Positions 8,877 through 17,569 of a stretch of 48,046 bases of DNA are shown one piece after another. A program made the translations under genes and the position numbers. How positions within the stretch are numbered: position 1 is the first letter of the stretch; each line of letters starts with the position of its first letter. The stretch comes from Candidatus Woesearchaeota archaeon (GTDB taxonomy: Archaea; Nanobdellota; Nanobdellia; Woesearchaeales; JAGVYO01). The stretch lies in NCBI GenBank assembly GCA_018303225.1, contig JAGVYO010000006.1, positions 1 to 48,046 on the forward strand, written 5' to 3'. Below the pieces are notes generated by a model. It was not told where the DNA came from. It was given only the letters and a program-made list of their open reading frames with translations, and did no database searches.

Positions 8877-9182
8877 ATGGAAAACCTGAAAGAAGCACTG
8901 CAGAAAATGAATTATGCCGAATTGGCGCAGCTGAAAAAGGAACTGGAAAACGGCGCGTTTAACATGCGGCGCCTGGTCGGGACGCGTTTGCGCGAGCTGG
9001 AGAATGACCACGAGCGCTACTGCACCCATTGCTCCAGCCACCTGGACCCCTACAGCGTGAATACCTACACCCTGATCTTCGGGCCCTCGGAATTCAAGAA
9101 AAAAGTCTCCTTTTGCGGCCCCGACTGCCTGGAATATTTCCTCAAGAGGGTAAGGGTGATCAAGGAGAGCAGCAAGCATTAA
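8877..9182 (+). CDS. Hypothetical protein with TRASH-like Cys motif
   Basis: CTHC..FCGPDCLEYFL; GGAGG RBS; abuts previous stop. Confidence 0.7.
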   Translation: MENLKEALQKMNYAELAQLKKELENGAFNMRRLVGTRLRELENDHERYCTHCSSHLDPYSVNTYTLIFGPSEFKKKVSFCGPDCLEYFLKRVRVIKESSKH

Positions 9183-9208
9183 AAAGAGAGGGCTATTTTC
9201 CAGCAACC

Positions 9209-9463
9209 ATGACCAAGAAAGAAACCTCCGAGGCAAGCAAGGACGAGCAGATCGGCTTTCACAAAGGCGCCCTGAGCACACTGGCCAAGGAACGGCAGGA
9301 GATGTTCAAGATTTTGCAGATTGTCGAGCAGCTGATGCAGATGCACGTCAAAGCGCTGAAAGAATTGGGGGTTGACCTGGCCGAGCAGGCCAAGCAGATT
9401 GAAAAGGAGCCCAAAGAGGTAAAGAAGGTAAAACAAAAGCCCATCGATGATATTCTCAAATGA
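9209..9463 (+). CDS. Small helical hypothetical protein
   Basis: EQIGFHKGALSTLAKERQE..HVKALKELGVDL; ATGA overlap with next gene. Confidence 0.7.
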   Translation: MTKKETSEASKDEQIGFHKGALSTLAKERQEMFKILQIVEQLMQMHVKALKELGVDLAEQAKQIEKEPKEVKKVKQKPIDDILK

Positions 9464-9846
9464 AATTCACCGCATACGGCCATCCGAACATCCTGGCCAC
9501 GCACCCCACCACCATCGAGTTCACCAAAGACAAAGAGCTGTCGTCGGAAGGGGATTGCATTATCGGTGTTAAAGCTGATTTTCTGTTAAAAGATATAAAA
9601 AAGATAGTGGCTAAAGAACAAATAAAGATAACTGTCAAGGTGGACAAATTTAAAGAGGAGATCAGTGCGCAAACAAACAGACTTTTCAATCACGATACCG
9701 AGCTCGTCATCCGAAAAAGCGATTTCTTATCAGATAGGACGCTGGGCATCAAAGCGGATAAGGCAGCAGTTGATTTGGCCAGAAGATTAGTTGAGAAGCT
9801 AAAAGATCCGAAGCAGAAGATCGAAGTGGAGATCATTGCCTTATAG
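9460..9846 (+). CDS. DUF371 family protein
   Basis: GHPNILATHPTTIEFTKD..GDCIIGVKAD, LVIRKSDF..RTLGIKADKAA. Confidence 0.9.
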   Translation: MKFTAYGHPNILATHPTTIEFTKDKELSSEGDCIIGVKADFLLKDIKKIVAKEQIKITVKVDKFKEEISAQTNRLFNHDTELVIRKSDFLSDRTLGIKADKAAVDLARRLVEKLKDPKQKIEVEIIAL

Positions 9847-9944
9847 TTTATAGAGATTATATAATTCTTATTACTTTAGAGTGATTACGAGGAGAAGATT
9901 TAAGAACAGAACCCCATTTTCCCGTCGGGAAGGCAGTTATAGCT

Positions 9945-11684
9945 ATGAACAATTCAACCCGGACTATTGACAAGTTGGTAGAAGGTATTGCACGGTTTAG
10001 CATTGCATACTTGGATAGGAATCAACCTGCAAACGGAGGCCTTGAGCAATTAAGATTTATAGGGGATGGTATAGACCTGGAAGGAGACGCTATAGATCTA
10101 GAAAATGTACCTCAGAGAACGATCCAAAACATAGAAAAGGCGGATCCGCTGGAAATTACGTTAAGCATTTACGACCATGATAAAACAAAGACATTGACGG
10201 ATCTCCTTCTGAAAGGCTACAAATCCCATTTCCGTACCCCCAACAAATACAAGCTGGTCCGGTTCGGGGTCGCTTGGAGCATATGGAGCCACATGCTCTA
10301 CAAGCGGAAAAGCGGGGACAGAAACTGGTTCAACCATCCGTTTGAAGTGGCAAGAGAGATTCTCGAGCAATACAGCGGGAAAGCAGATCCCGCACTGATA
10401 GCAGAAGCCTTAATCCATGACAGCTTGGAAGAGCGCATCGCCAACAAAATGAAGCGCGTATCGGAAGCAGAAGGTGTACAAACAAGGGCCGAATTCAGGG
10501 AAATTGGCGAGGAGGGGCAGGATTATCTAAAAGATATAGAGCAAAGAGTCCGAATTCATGCCTTCCAGGATTTAAAGCGGTCGTTGGAGACATTTGTAGA
10601 AACTCGCTTAACGAATAAAAGGCATTACCGAAAAGAAGTTGATCGGTTGCTCTGGGTTACCCACTTCACCACCAAGCCGGCGTACGCAGACTATTTCAGT
10701 TATTTGCAGAGGATGTTTTTCGGTATAAAGGAGATATCAAATGATGCCGAAATCAACAAAAGGTATTCGCCGCAAGAATCGCTTGAGCTATGGAAAAATG
10801 TCCTGGGCGATGCCATGCAAATTAAATTTTCAGATAGGAAGAACAACTCCGAAACCTTGGCCACATTTGGCGATGACGTAAAACTGGTCAATTACTACAA
10901 AAACATTCTTCTCTTGGTGCAGGTGAAACGCTATTTGACCGGAACGGCCGTCATAAGCGCAGAGCTTAAGCAAAACCAACATCTGGTAGCTATGCAGAAC
11001 GCTTTGCTCGAAACCACCATTGAAGGCCTGAAAGCACTGGAAAAAAACATCTACGAAAGGGGCAAGTATGTGCTCAAAGGCGTGCTCGGCAGCTTTAAGG
11101 ATGTAGGGATCAGATATGTTAAAGGAAAAGGAATTGAATTAACCGTAACCGAAGAGATGGAAACAGACGGCAGGAAAGAGAGAAAAACCAGGGGACTCAA
11201 ATGGGAGGATATTAAGCACCAGTGGCTCTACCGCAACAACCAGATGTTTTTCCTTAAGAATAACCCCCGCTTCGGTGTATACGACAAAGCGCTGGCATTG
11301 TACGAATACCTCGGCGGCTTGAATGCCGTGACCGACCCGGGAGAAACAAAAATAGACCGCGAGAGGCATCCGTTGTTGTATCAGATACTGGAAGCCCCGG
11401 AAAGAAGCCAAGTGCCTGTGCTAAAGCTTACAAAATACCTCTCTCCCGGGCATTATCTTTACATTCCCCTCTCTCATTTTGACGGCACCATGGAACGATG
11501 GGCAGCACGCATCCACGACCTCAAAGAAGATACCAGCGAGAAGTGGCCATTAAAGCAGTACTATAAAGATGCCATCGCTTTCAGAAGGGTGGCCGAAAGG
11601 CTACGAGACGATCCGTCGTATCTCCCCGATTTGTCTTCCATCACCCGTGAGCAAGCCCGGAAGATTTCTGTTATCACTAGATAG
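9945..11684 (+). CDS. RelA/SpoT-type HD hydrolase domain protein
   Basis: KRKSGDRNWFNHPFEVA, ALIHDSLEE, FTTK, IKFSDRKNNSETL parallel SpoT RKSGEPYxxHP, LLHDvvED, GVTK, vKLADRLHNMRTL. Confidence 0.8.
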   Translation: MNNSTRTIDKLVEGIARFSIAYLDRNQPANGGLEQLRFIGDGIDLEGDAIDLENVPQRTIQNIEKADPLEITLSIYDHDKTKTLTDLLLKGYKSHFRTPNKYKLVRFGVAWSIWSHMLYKRKSGDRNWFNHPFEVAREILEQYSGKADPALIAEALIHDSLEERIANKMKRVSEAEGVQTRAEFREIGEEGQDYLKDIEQRVRIHAFQDLKRSLETFVETRLTNKRHYRKEVDRLLWVTHFTTKPAYADYFSYLQRMFFGIKEISNDAEINKRYSPQESLELWKNVLGDAMQIKFSDRKNNSETLATFGDDVKLVNYYKNILLLVQVKRYLTGTAVISAELKQNQHLVAMQNALLETTIEGLKALEKNIYERGKYVLKGVLGSFKDVGIRYVKGKGIELTVTEEMETDGRKERKTRGLKWEDIKHQWLYRNNQMFFLKNNPRFGVYDKALALYEYLGGLNAVTDPGETKIDRERHPLLYQILEAPERSQVPVLKLTKYLSPGHYLYIPLSHFDGTMERWAARIHDLKEDTSEKWPLKQYYKDAIAFRRVAERLRDDPSYLPDLSSITREQARKISVITR

Positions 11685-11786
11685 TTACTATAGAATAGAA
11701 AGTTTTAAATAGACCCGTTCTTCCGCATATACCACATGCACGGATAAGTTTATAAAATATATAAATTATAAGAAGAGTGGGTGGCC

Positions 11787-12920
11787 ATGGCAACAAAAAA
11801 TCTGGATCAAGACGCGCCTCTAGAAGAAATAGCAGAAGCCCCTGCTAAAGAAATTGTAGAGTTAAGTCCGGAGCTGAGTCTTCCTGAAATTCTAATTGTA
11901 GGTTCAAAGCCGTTGCATTCGAATCCGCGTTGTGAACATGAAACCCGCATATTAAATGAGGCGATCGTTCAGCGCGTATCTATATTGGAAGATGAGCTGG
12001 AAAAAAGAATTCTACCAAAGATTCTCGGGGTATTTCCCGAGATGGTCGTGGGAGAAACGGCCAAAGCAGATAATGTCCTTAATTATCTGGAAAAATACGA
12101 ATTTTTATTGAGAGTTTTGCCAGAGGAACTCGAAGCTAAACTCCCCTCCGGAATCAGGGAACAAATAAGAAAATACCGGGAGACGATTCCTATTTATCGT
12201 TCCCGCAACAAACGGGAGCCCCCAAATGTAAGGGAGCTTAAACGATTAGCAAATGCATTGACAGACATTGTGTATTATACACTAAGAACTGCAGGGGATG
12301 ATCCTTTCTTGGTGGGTGTAAAGTATAAGGTCCCTGAACGGGTAGGCGCAAAAATTGCCTACCAGATGCTTGAAGGTTACAGGCACCGGAAAGGGAAAAA
12401 GCAAGGAAACGGGTTCAAGAGATACCTCCGGTCCAGAGAGGGAGTTATAAGGGACTACCGGGGAATCCAGGTGGTCACTTTAGGCAGAGAGGGCCTCGGA
12501 AGAGTTAAAGAGAGTGCCACAACCAGCCTTCAGTTAGAAATTGTGCCCGATCATAAAGGCCGACTGATTGATAACCATTACGCCGAGACAGAAAATCCAT
12601 ACCATGCTTTCCACATGGATGTGGTTTGGAACCCAAAACAAAGAAAAGAAGCTACAGAATCAAAGATGTTTGATCCTCACGTGGATGCTGTTGAACTTCA
12701 AATAACAGAGGCGCCTTACCGATATACCAGTGAATTTGGTGTAGAAGGGTATTTTAGGAGAATGGAAGCTGAAAAGAAGGGAATTTTGTTGAACAGGCTA
12801 AATCGAAGAGGTGTACTCGATTTTGAGCCTTTTACCCCCCAAGAATTAGAATGGAAAAAGGAAGTCGAGCGAAGGGTCGTACAACTGATGACGTACCATA
12901 TGCAGAAGCAGAGGAATTGA
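11787..12920 (+). CDS. RelA/SpoT-type synthetase-like nucleotidyltransferase
   Basis: KYKVPERVGAKI, IRDYRGIQVV, IDNHY..NPYHAFHMDV, VELQITE..SEFG in RSH Syn1-Syn4 order. Confidence 0.75.
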   Translation: MATKNLDQDAPLEEIAEAPAKEIVELSPELSLPEILIVGSKPLHSNPRCEHETRILNEAIVQRVSILEDELEKRILPKILGVFPEMVVGETAKADNVLNYLEKYEFLLRVLPEELEAKLPSGIREQIRKYRETIPIYRSRNKREPPNVRELKRLANALTDIVYYTLRTAGDDPFLVGVKYKVPERVGAKIAYQMLEGYRHRKGKKQGNGFKRYLRSREGVIRDYRGIQVVTLGREGLGRVKESATTSLQLEIVPDHKGRLIDNHYAETENPYHAFHMDVVWNPKQRKEATESKMFDPHVDAVELQITEAPYRYTSEFGVEGYFRRMEAEKKGILLNRLNRRGVLDFEPFTPQELEWKKEVERRVVQLMTYHMQKQRN

Positions 12921-12924
12921 ACAG

Positions 12925-13764
12925 ATGTCAGTAAACAAACACCTTTTCATCGTGCCCAATGAAGGGCCGTTCAATGTAAATGGCGAAGTAAAGGGCAGAA
13001 GGGTATTCAACATCGCTTCGCACGGCTTGAGAAATCCTTACTTCCTCTACAGGGGCGCCGAAGAAGTGGTAGCTGCAGATATTTCACCGCAACAAATCTA
13101 TCTTAATCAACTGATACTCGCAGCCATAAAAAATCTCAAGGGCTATGAATTCATACCTCTGTTTTTCATAGAGCCTGAAAAGCGGTTTGAACAATATGGG
13201 GAGAGGCTAAAGGCGGATCTTCCAGGCGATGAAGGAGATTATGCACAAGTAGCAAGATTGGTCCAACAGTCCAGAGAGAAGCTAACGGATGTCCAGAAAG
13301 CCGCAATCTTAAGGACATTCTATCCATGGCTAATGGACGGAAGCTACAATAAAGTAGGTCAGCGAATGCAACACGATCCTGTAAAATTAAGAGAGGGGGA
13401 TGTAGTAGATGTCCTGAACGGATTTCCAGATGGGTATTTTGCCATGGTAGACCTCAGCAATGTGAGGGATGCAGAATTAGCAAAGAGAAATGGAGGCAAC
13501 GGAAAAGTAGGGGATAAGGGGAGTAACGGAGCCTATGTCCAGTGGGATAGAGCCTTGGCCCAAGCAGCCCATGCAAAATTAGCACCAGGCGGCCTATTGC
13601 GGGAAACCCATTATATGGATAGGGATGAGCACCCTAATCTGGCAAACCTTACCCGCTATTGGACCGATAAGTTTGGAGGCAACGCCGCCGTAGGAATTAC
13701 TACGCCCCTAATAACCGGAAGAGAAAACCGGTTGTGCCTTGAAGTAAGAATGGAAAAACATTAA
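12925..13764 (+). CDS. DUF3419/BtaA-like SAM-dependent transferase
   Basis: VFNIASHG..AEEVVAADISPQQIYLNQLILAAIKNL, GDVVDVL..PDGYFAMVDLSNVRD, KLAPGG. Confidence 0.7.
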   Translation: MSVNKHLFIVPNEGPFNVNGEVKGRRVFNIASHGLRNPYFLYRGAEEVVAADISPQQIYLNQLILAAIKNLKGYEFIPLFFIEPEKRFEQYGERLKADLPGDEGDYAQVARLVQQSREKLTDVQKAAILRTFYPWLMDGSYNKVGQRMQHDPVKLREGDVVDVLNGFPDGYFAMVDLSNVRDAELAKRNGGNGKVGDKGSNGAYVQWDRALAQAAHAKLAPGGLLRETHYMDRDEHPNLANLTRYWTDKFGGNAAVGITTPLITGRENRLCLEVRMEKH

Positions 13765-14219
13765 CCCATGACAGCAGCTATCCGTCTCGTCTTCGGCACA
13801 TAATTCAGTATTTTATTGCCCGTCGCTTTCCCGCAGCCTAGGAAATCGCCGCTGTTCTTGATCAAAACAAACCCTCTTTCATCGGTTGCTTTGTCCAGGT
13901 CCGTGCCTCTCAGCCATTCCGAAGCTTCGTCATCATTCAGTTCAAGGACATTCTTCGTGGCCAGCGGGCCGATCAACTGGCTGCCTTCGATGCTCAGCCG
14001 CAACTCGTCGTCTGCCTCCTGCGCAATGTACAGGCCAAGGGAATTGATCCGCAGCCGGGACAAGTCAAGGGTTCCGAATTCCTTGTTGGCTATGAAGATC
14101 TTGCCGTCCTCATTCTTCAGGAAGACGCAATCCGTTTCCAACGTAGCTCCCCACTGCTCCTCAATCTGGGCCAATAATTTCTTGGTCTCTTTCTTGTTTA
14201 GGATATTTAGTTTTTGCAT
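13761..14219 (-). CDS. NIP7/PUA-like ribosome biogenesis protein
   Basis: LGLYIA..LRLSIEGSQLIGPLATKNVLEL..WLRGTDL..FLGCGK..NYVPKTRR. Confidence 0.75.
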   Translation of the reverse strand: MQKLNILNKKETKKLLAQIEEQWGATLETDCVFLKNEDGKIFIANKEFGTLDLSRLRINSLGLYIAQEADDELRLSIEGSQLIGPLATKNVLELNDDEASEWLRGTDLDKATDERGFVLIKNSGDFLGCGKATGNKILNYVPKTRRIAAVMG

Positions 14220-14229
14220 TTTTAGATTT

Positions 14230-14340
14230 TTCCAATAAAAGTTTTAATTTTGTCTGCGGTTAGGCTCATCCCAAAAATTCCGTGCCGGAATTTTTGAAAT
14301 GAACGCTATCGCAACAAAAATGATTTTTAAGTTAATGCAC
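14230..14340 (+). repeat. Repeat family B, copy 1
   Basis: GCGGTTAGGCTCATCCCAAAAATTCCGTGCCGGAATTTTTG..CGCTATCGC..TTAATGC; boundaries approximate. Confidence 0.85.
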
Positions 14341-14350
14341 AATTTCCTTT

Positions 14351-16111
14351 TCAAACCCCCCACATGGGGTTCTCTTTCCGCATAATCGAAGCGATCTCTT
14401 TCAGCACATCCTTATCCTGTTGATTTAAATGCTGCTTCAGCTCCTTCATCTTCCGGAAATCCTCTTCGGATACATAGCTGTATAACACATCCCCTTCGAC
14501 AATCTGCCGGCCCACCATCACCCGATCCAAAGAAACCGCCACCTGCTTGCCCTTCTCGGCCTTCTCGATGTTCTCCTGGTCCATCTGGATGCCCTTCACC
14601 GTCGTCAGGGCATGGCCGTCCTTCTTCATCAGGGTCGTCCCGACTTTCAGTGTGCCCATCAGCACATCCACCCCTACCACGGCCGGATTGCTCTGCCGGA
14701 AAACGTATCCTTTCATCAGCTGGATCTTGCAGGGCTTCGTCACTACGTCCAGCTCGGACGTTTCCTGCCGCTTCCGCTCGGTGTCCTGCCATTCCTCGAA
14801 CTTCTCGATCAGCGTGTAGATGACGGCATCCGTGAGCACCTTGACCGGGCTGCTCTGGACCCCGGGCAGCAGCGAAACATTGAATCCCAGCACAACCGCC
14901 ATCAGCGGATCCTTCTCGCCGCAGCTGTCTGCATCCGCGATATCCTTTTTTGTGATGTTGCCGATGGACGCTTTCCGGATCTGGATATGCTTCTCTCTCA
15001 GCAGCGTCATCAGCGCCTCCAGCGAGCCCAATGAATCGGCCTTGATCACAAGCCCTTCCGGGTCTGTTTCCAGCAGGACCTCTTCCACCTCTTTCTGGAT
15101 TTCCTCTTTGACCCTCTCAACATCCTCAGCCTTTGCGCTGCGCAGGGGCATTCCAGCAACGGCTTCCTCAGTGCCGGGTGCAGAAATCTTCACTCCGGTG
15201 GCGGCCGTCACTTTTTTGATGCGCTTGAATTTGCTTTTGCGGTCCCGCATCTCCTCCAGGGGCAGCGGCTCGAACAGTGCCTTCACCTTGGCTACAATCG
15301 GCTCTCCCAGCGATCCGACGACAATTGTATCGCCCTCTTTCAGCATGCCGTCATAGAGAATGGCATCCATGGTTTTTCCCAAACCTTTGTCTTCCTTGAT
15401 CTCAAGGATGGTGCCCTTGGCAGCTCCTTTTTCCGACACTTCCAGCTCCCCGGCCAGGTATTTCTGCGCCAGCCCGGCCATCACCATCAGCAGCTCCGCA
15501 ATGCCCTCCCCGGTTTTGGCCGAAACAGGCACAATCGCAATCTGCTTGGTGAAATCATCCACCCGGTCAAAACGCTCGCTGTTGAACCCGTATTGGCTCA
15601 GTTTCCCGACCAGCTCATAGAGTTTCGTATCCAGGAGACGCTGGACGCTCTCGGGCTGCTTCTGGATGCACGCAAGCAACGCTTCTTTCTTGGTCTGCCA
15701 GCCCGGCAGCAGATCGATCTTGTTGGCCGCCAGCAGGAACGGCGTCTTGTAATGCTTCAGGATCTCGATGCATTCCACGGTCTGCGACTTGATGCCCTCG
15801 TTGATGTCCACCACCACGATGGCGATATCCGCTAAATTGCCGCCCCGTTTCCGCAGGTGGGTAAAGGCCGCATGCCCCGGCGTATCAATGAACAGCAGGC
15901 CGGGCAACGTAAGTTGGATGCCCAGTTTCTTCAGCAGATCGGCACAATGCGCCAGGATGACCGATGCCGGGATGATTGAGGCGCCGATGGCCTGGGTGAT
16001 CTGCCCGGCCTCCCCGGCCACGATAGCCGTGCCCCTAATCTTATCTAAGATGCTTGACTTGCCGTGGTCGATATGGCCCACGACCGTGCAGATGGGGCTT
16101 CGGGTTGCCAT
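14351..16111 (-). CDS. infB: Translation initiation factor aIF5B (IF-2)
   Basis: RSPICTVVGHIDHGKS, GQITQAIGA, FIDTPGHAAF, ANKID, VFRQSNPAVVG. Confidence 0.98.
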   Translation of the reverse strand: MATRSPICTVVGHIDHGKSSILDKIRGTAIVAGEAGQITQAIGASIIPASVILAHCADLLKKLGIQLTLPGLLFIDTPGHAAFTHLRKRGGNLADIAIVVVDINEGIKSQTVECIEILKHYKTPFLLAANKIDLLPGWQTKKEALLACIQKQPESVQRLLDTKLYELVGKLSQYGFNSERFDRVDDFTKQIAIVPVSAKTGEGIAELLMVMAGLAQKYLAGELEVSEKGAAKGTILEIKEDKGLGKTMDAILYDGMLKEGDTIVVGSLGEPIVAKVKALFEPLPLEEMRDRKSKFKRIKKVTAATGVKISAPGTEEAVAGMPLRSAKAEDVERVKEEIQKEVEEVLLETDPEGLVIKADSLGSLEALMTLLREKHIQIRKASIGNITKKDIADADSCGEKDPLMAVVLGFNVSLLPGVQSSPVKVLTDAVIYTLIEKFEEWQDTERKRQETSELDVVTKPCKIQLMKGYVFRQSNPAVVGVDVLMGTLKVGTTLMKKDGHALTTVKGIQMDQENIEKAEKGKQVAVSLDRVMVGRQIVEGDVLYSYVSEEDFRKMKELKQHLNQQDKDVLKEIASIMRKENPMWGV

Positions 16112-16217
16112 AGAAATGCCCAGAACAAAAGCGGCTTTTTAAAGATTTGCACCCAAAAAATAATCCAATCGTTAAGGGCAGCCAGAATCAGTCAGATGTT
16201 GATTAGAGGGTTAGGAC

Positions 16218-16610
16218 CTATCTTTTTCTGAATTTAAATTTCTTATTATATTCATCATGGTTAATGATGTCGAGAACAAAAGCAATTATTTCAATCTCAT
16301 CGCTTTCCAATGTGTAGATCATCCTCCAATAATCGGGCAAGTCAGCAATGAAAAGATTATCCGCATCGTATTTTCGCCTATACGCTATTGGAATTAAGTC
16401 CTTCTTTGCATTTTCCCCATAAAATGGGTTATTGATGATAACATCAAAGAGTCTATTGATAGCATTAAGAAGGGTTATATCTTTTGAGCTCGTAACTCCT
16501 TGACTACGCTGTTCCCCAACTAGTTTGTTTAAGTCGTTGAATGCTTCTTCAGCATCACCAACCAGTTTGACAGTAATCTTTTTCTTTATCTTGCCCTTGT
16601 ACCTTTTCAT
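16218..16610 (-). CDS. Putative RelE-like toxin
   Basis: NPFYGE..IP..NLFIADLPDYWRMIYTL..VLDIINHDEYNKKF; AT-rich; ATGA-coupled to upstream gene. Confidence 0.55.
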   Translation of the reverse strand: MKRYKGKIKKKITVKLVGDAEEAFNDLNKLVGEQRSQGVTSSKDITLLNAINRLFDVIINNPFYGENAKKDLIPIAYRRKYDADNLFIADLPDYWRMIYTLESDEIEIIAFVLDIINHDEYNKKFKFRKR

Positions 16611-16894
16611 CTAACAGCCAATCCCTGCATTTTTTTCAGTTTGCTCTGCGGCTTGAATGTCCAAAGCACTTTATCATCATGAACTACAATCTTACCGCTG
16701 TATTCCAAGTAATCAATGACAGCCATCAAAGTTTGGTGCATGACCTGCTTTGGAAGCAGTCTTTTGAGCTTTCCAATGGTCAAAACTTCGCCTATCTTGC
16801 TTAATGTTTCTTCCACCATCAGGACAGTGTTAAGCGTGGGGCTTCTTTGATCGCTATAACCCCTTTTCCTCATGAGTAGCGTTTCCGGGCTCAT
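16607..16894 (-). CDS. Winged-helix protein, putative antitoxin
   Basis: SPTLNTVLMVEETL..LKRLLPKQVMHQTL..IDYLEYSGKI. Confidence 0.6.
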   Translation of the reverse strand: MSPETLLMRKRGYSDQRSPTLNTVLMVEETLSKIGEVLTIGKLKRLLPKQVMHQTLMAVIDYLEYSGKIVVHDDKVLWTFKPQSKLKKMQGLAVR

Positions 16895-16901
16895 TTTACC
16901 T

Positions 16902-16930
16902 CATATCAATTGATATGGTATCACTTGATA
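16902..16930. promoter_or_regulatory. Tandem TATCA-N2-TGATA operators
   Basis: Perfect palindrome CATATCAATTGATATG (16902-16917) plus TATCACTTGATA (16919-16930), next to a minus-strand TTTATATA. Confidence 0.7.
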
Positions 16931-17056
16931 TATAAATGTTTTGGTTTAATTAAGCAAATCCTCTTTTATTTCTATTTGCCACTTTAAAATGGTATCAAAA
17001 AGAAAACTTTAAATACCCTTCTGTATTCCCACTGCTATAAAGATTGGGGGGATTTC

Positions 17057-17452
17057 ATGAACCTGAAAAAATCCGTTATGTTGGCATTACTACCGTTATT
17101 TGTTCTTTCCGTCGTTGCAGCTGCAAGCGCTTCGGCAGACAACATCCGCATCGAGCAGATCGGCTTTGGATATTCGGATGTGGTAGAGCAGGGTGCAAGC
17201 CTGAACGCACGCATCCGCGTTACCCCGTATGATGTGGCTGCGCTGAAAGACACCCGCATCAGGGTCTATGTGCCGGAACTGAACGCCTACGGCGCCGCAC
17301 GCCCGTTTGAAGCGACCAGGAACAGCAACGAGCTGAGGACCGTCACGATACCTATCTATGAGGATGTTGCATCCGCGGATTATTATGCCCGCATCGTCGT
17401 GTACAGCGACGGCGCGAAGCGTGTGGTCCACCGGCCGTTCAGCGTCCAGTGA
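17057..17452 (+). CDS. Secreted single Ig-like domain protein
   Basis: Signal peptide MNLKKSVMLALLPLFVLSVVAAASASA; beta-rich domain similar to 19921-20271. Confidence 0.8.
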   Translation: MNLKKSVMLALLPLFVLSVVAAASASADNIRIEQIGFGYSDVVEQGASLNARIRVTPYDVAALKDTRIRVYVPELNAYGAARPFEATRNSNELRTVTIPIYEDVASADYYARIVVYSDGAKRVVHRPFSVQ

Positions 17453-17569
17453 TCTTTTTCTCTTTATTTTTATCACTATACAATAGTATCAAAATAGGAA
17501 GATTTATATAGTAGTGCGTCCCCCTATTTCCTAATATATCAACGTTGGGTTGCCCTAGTAGCGGCCAGT

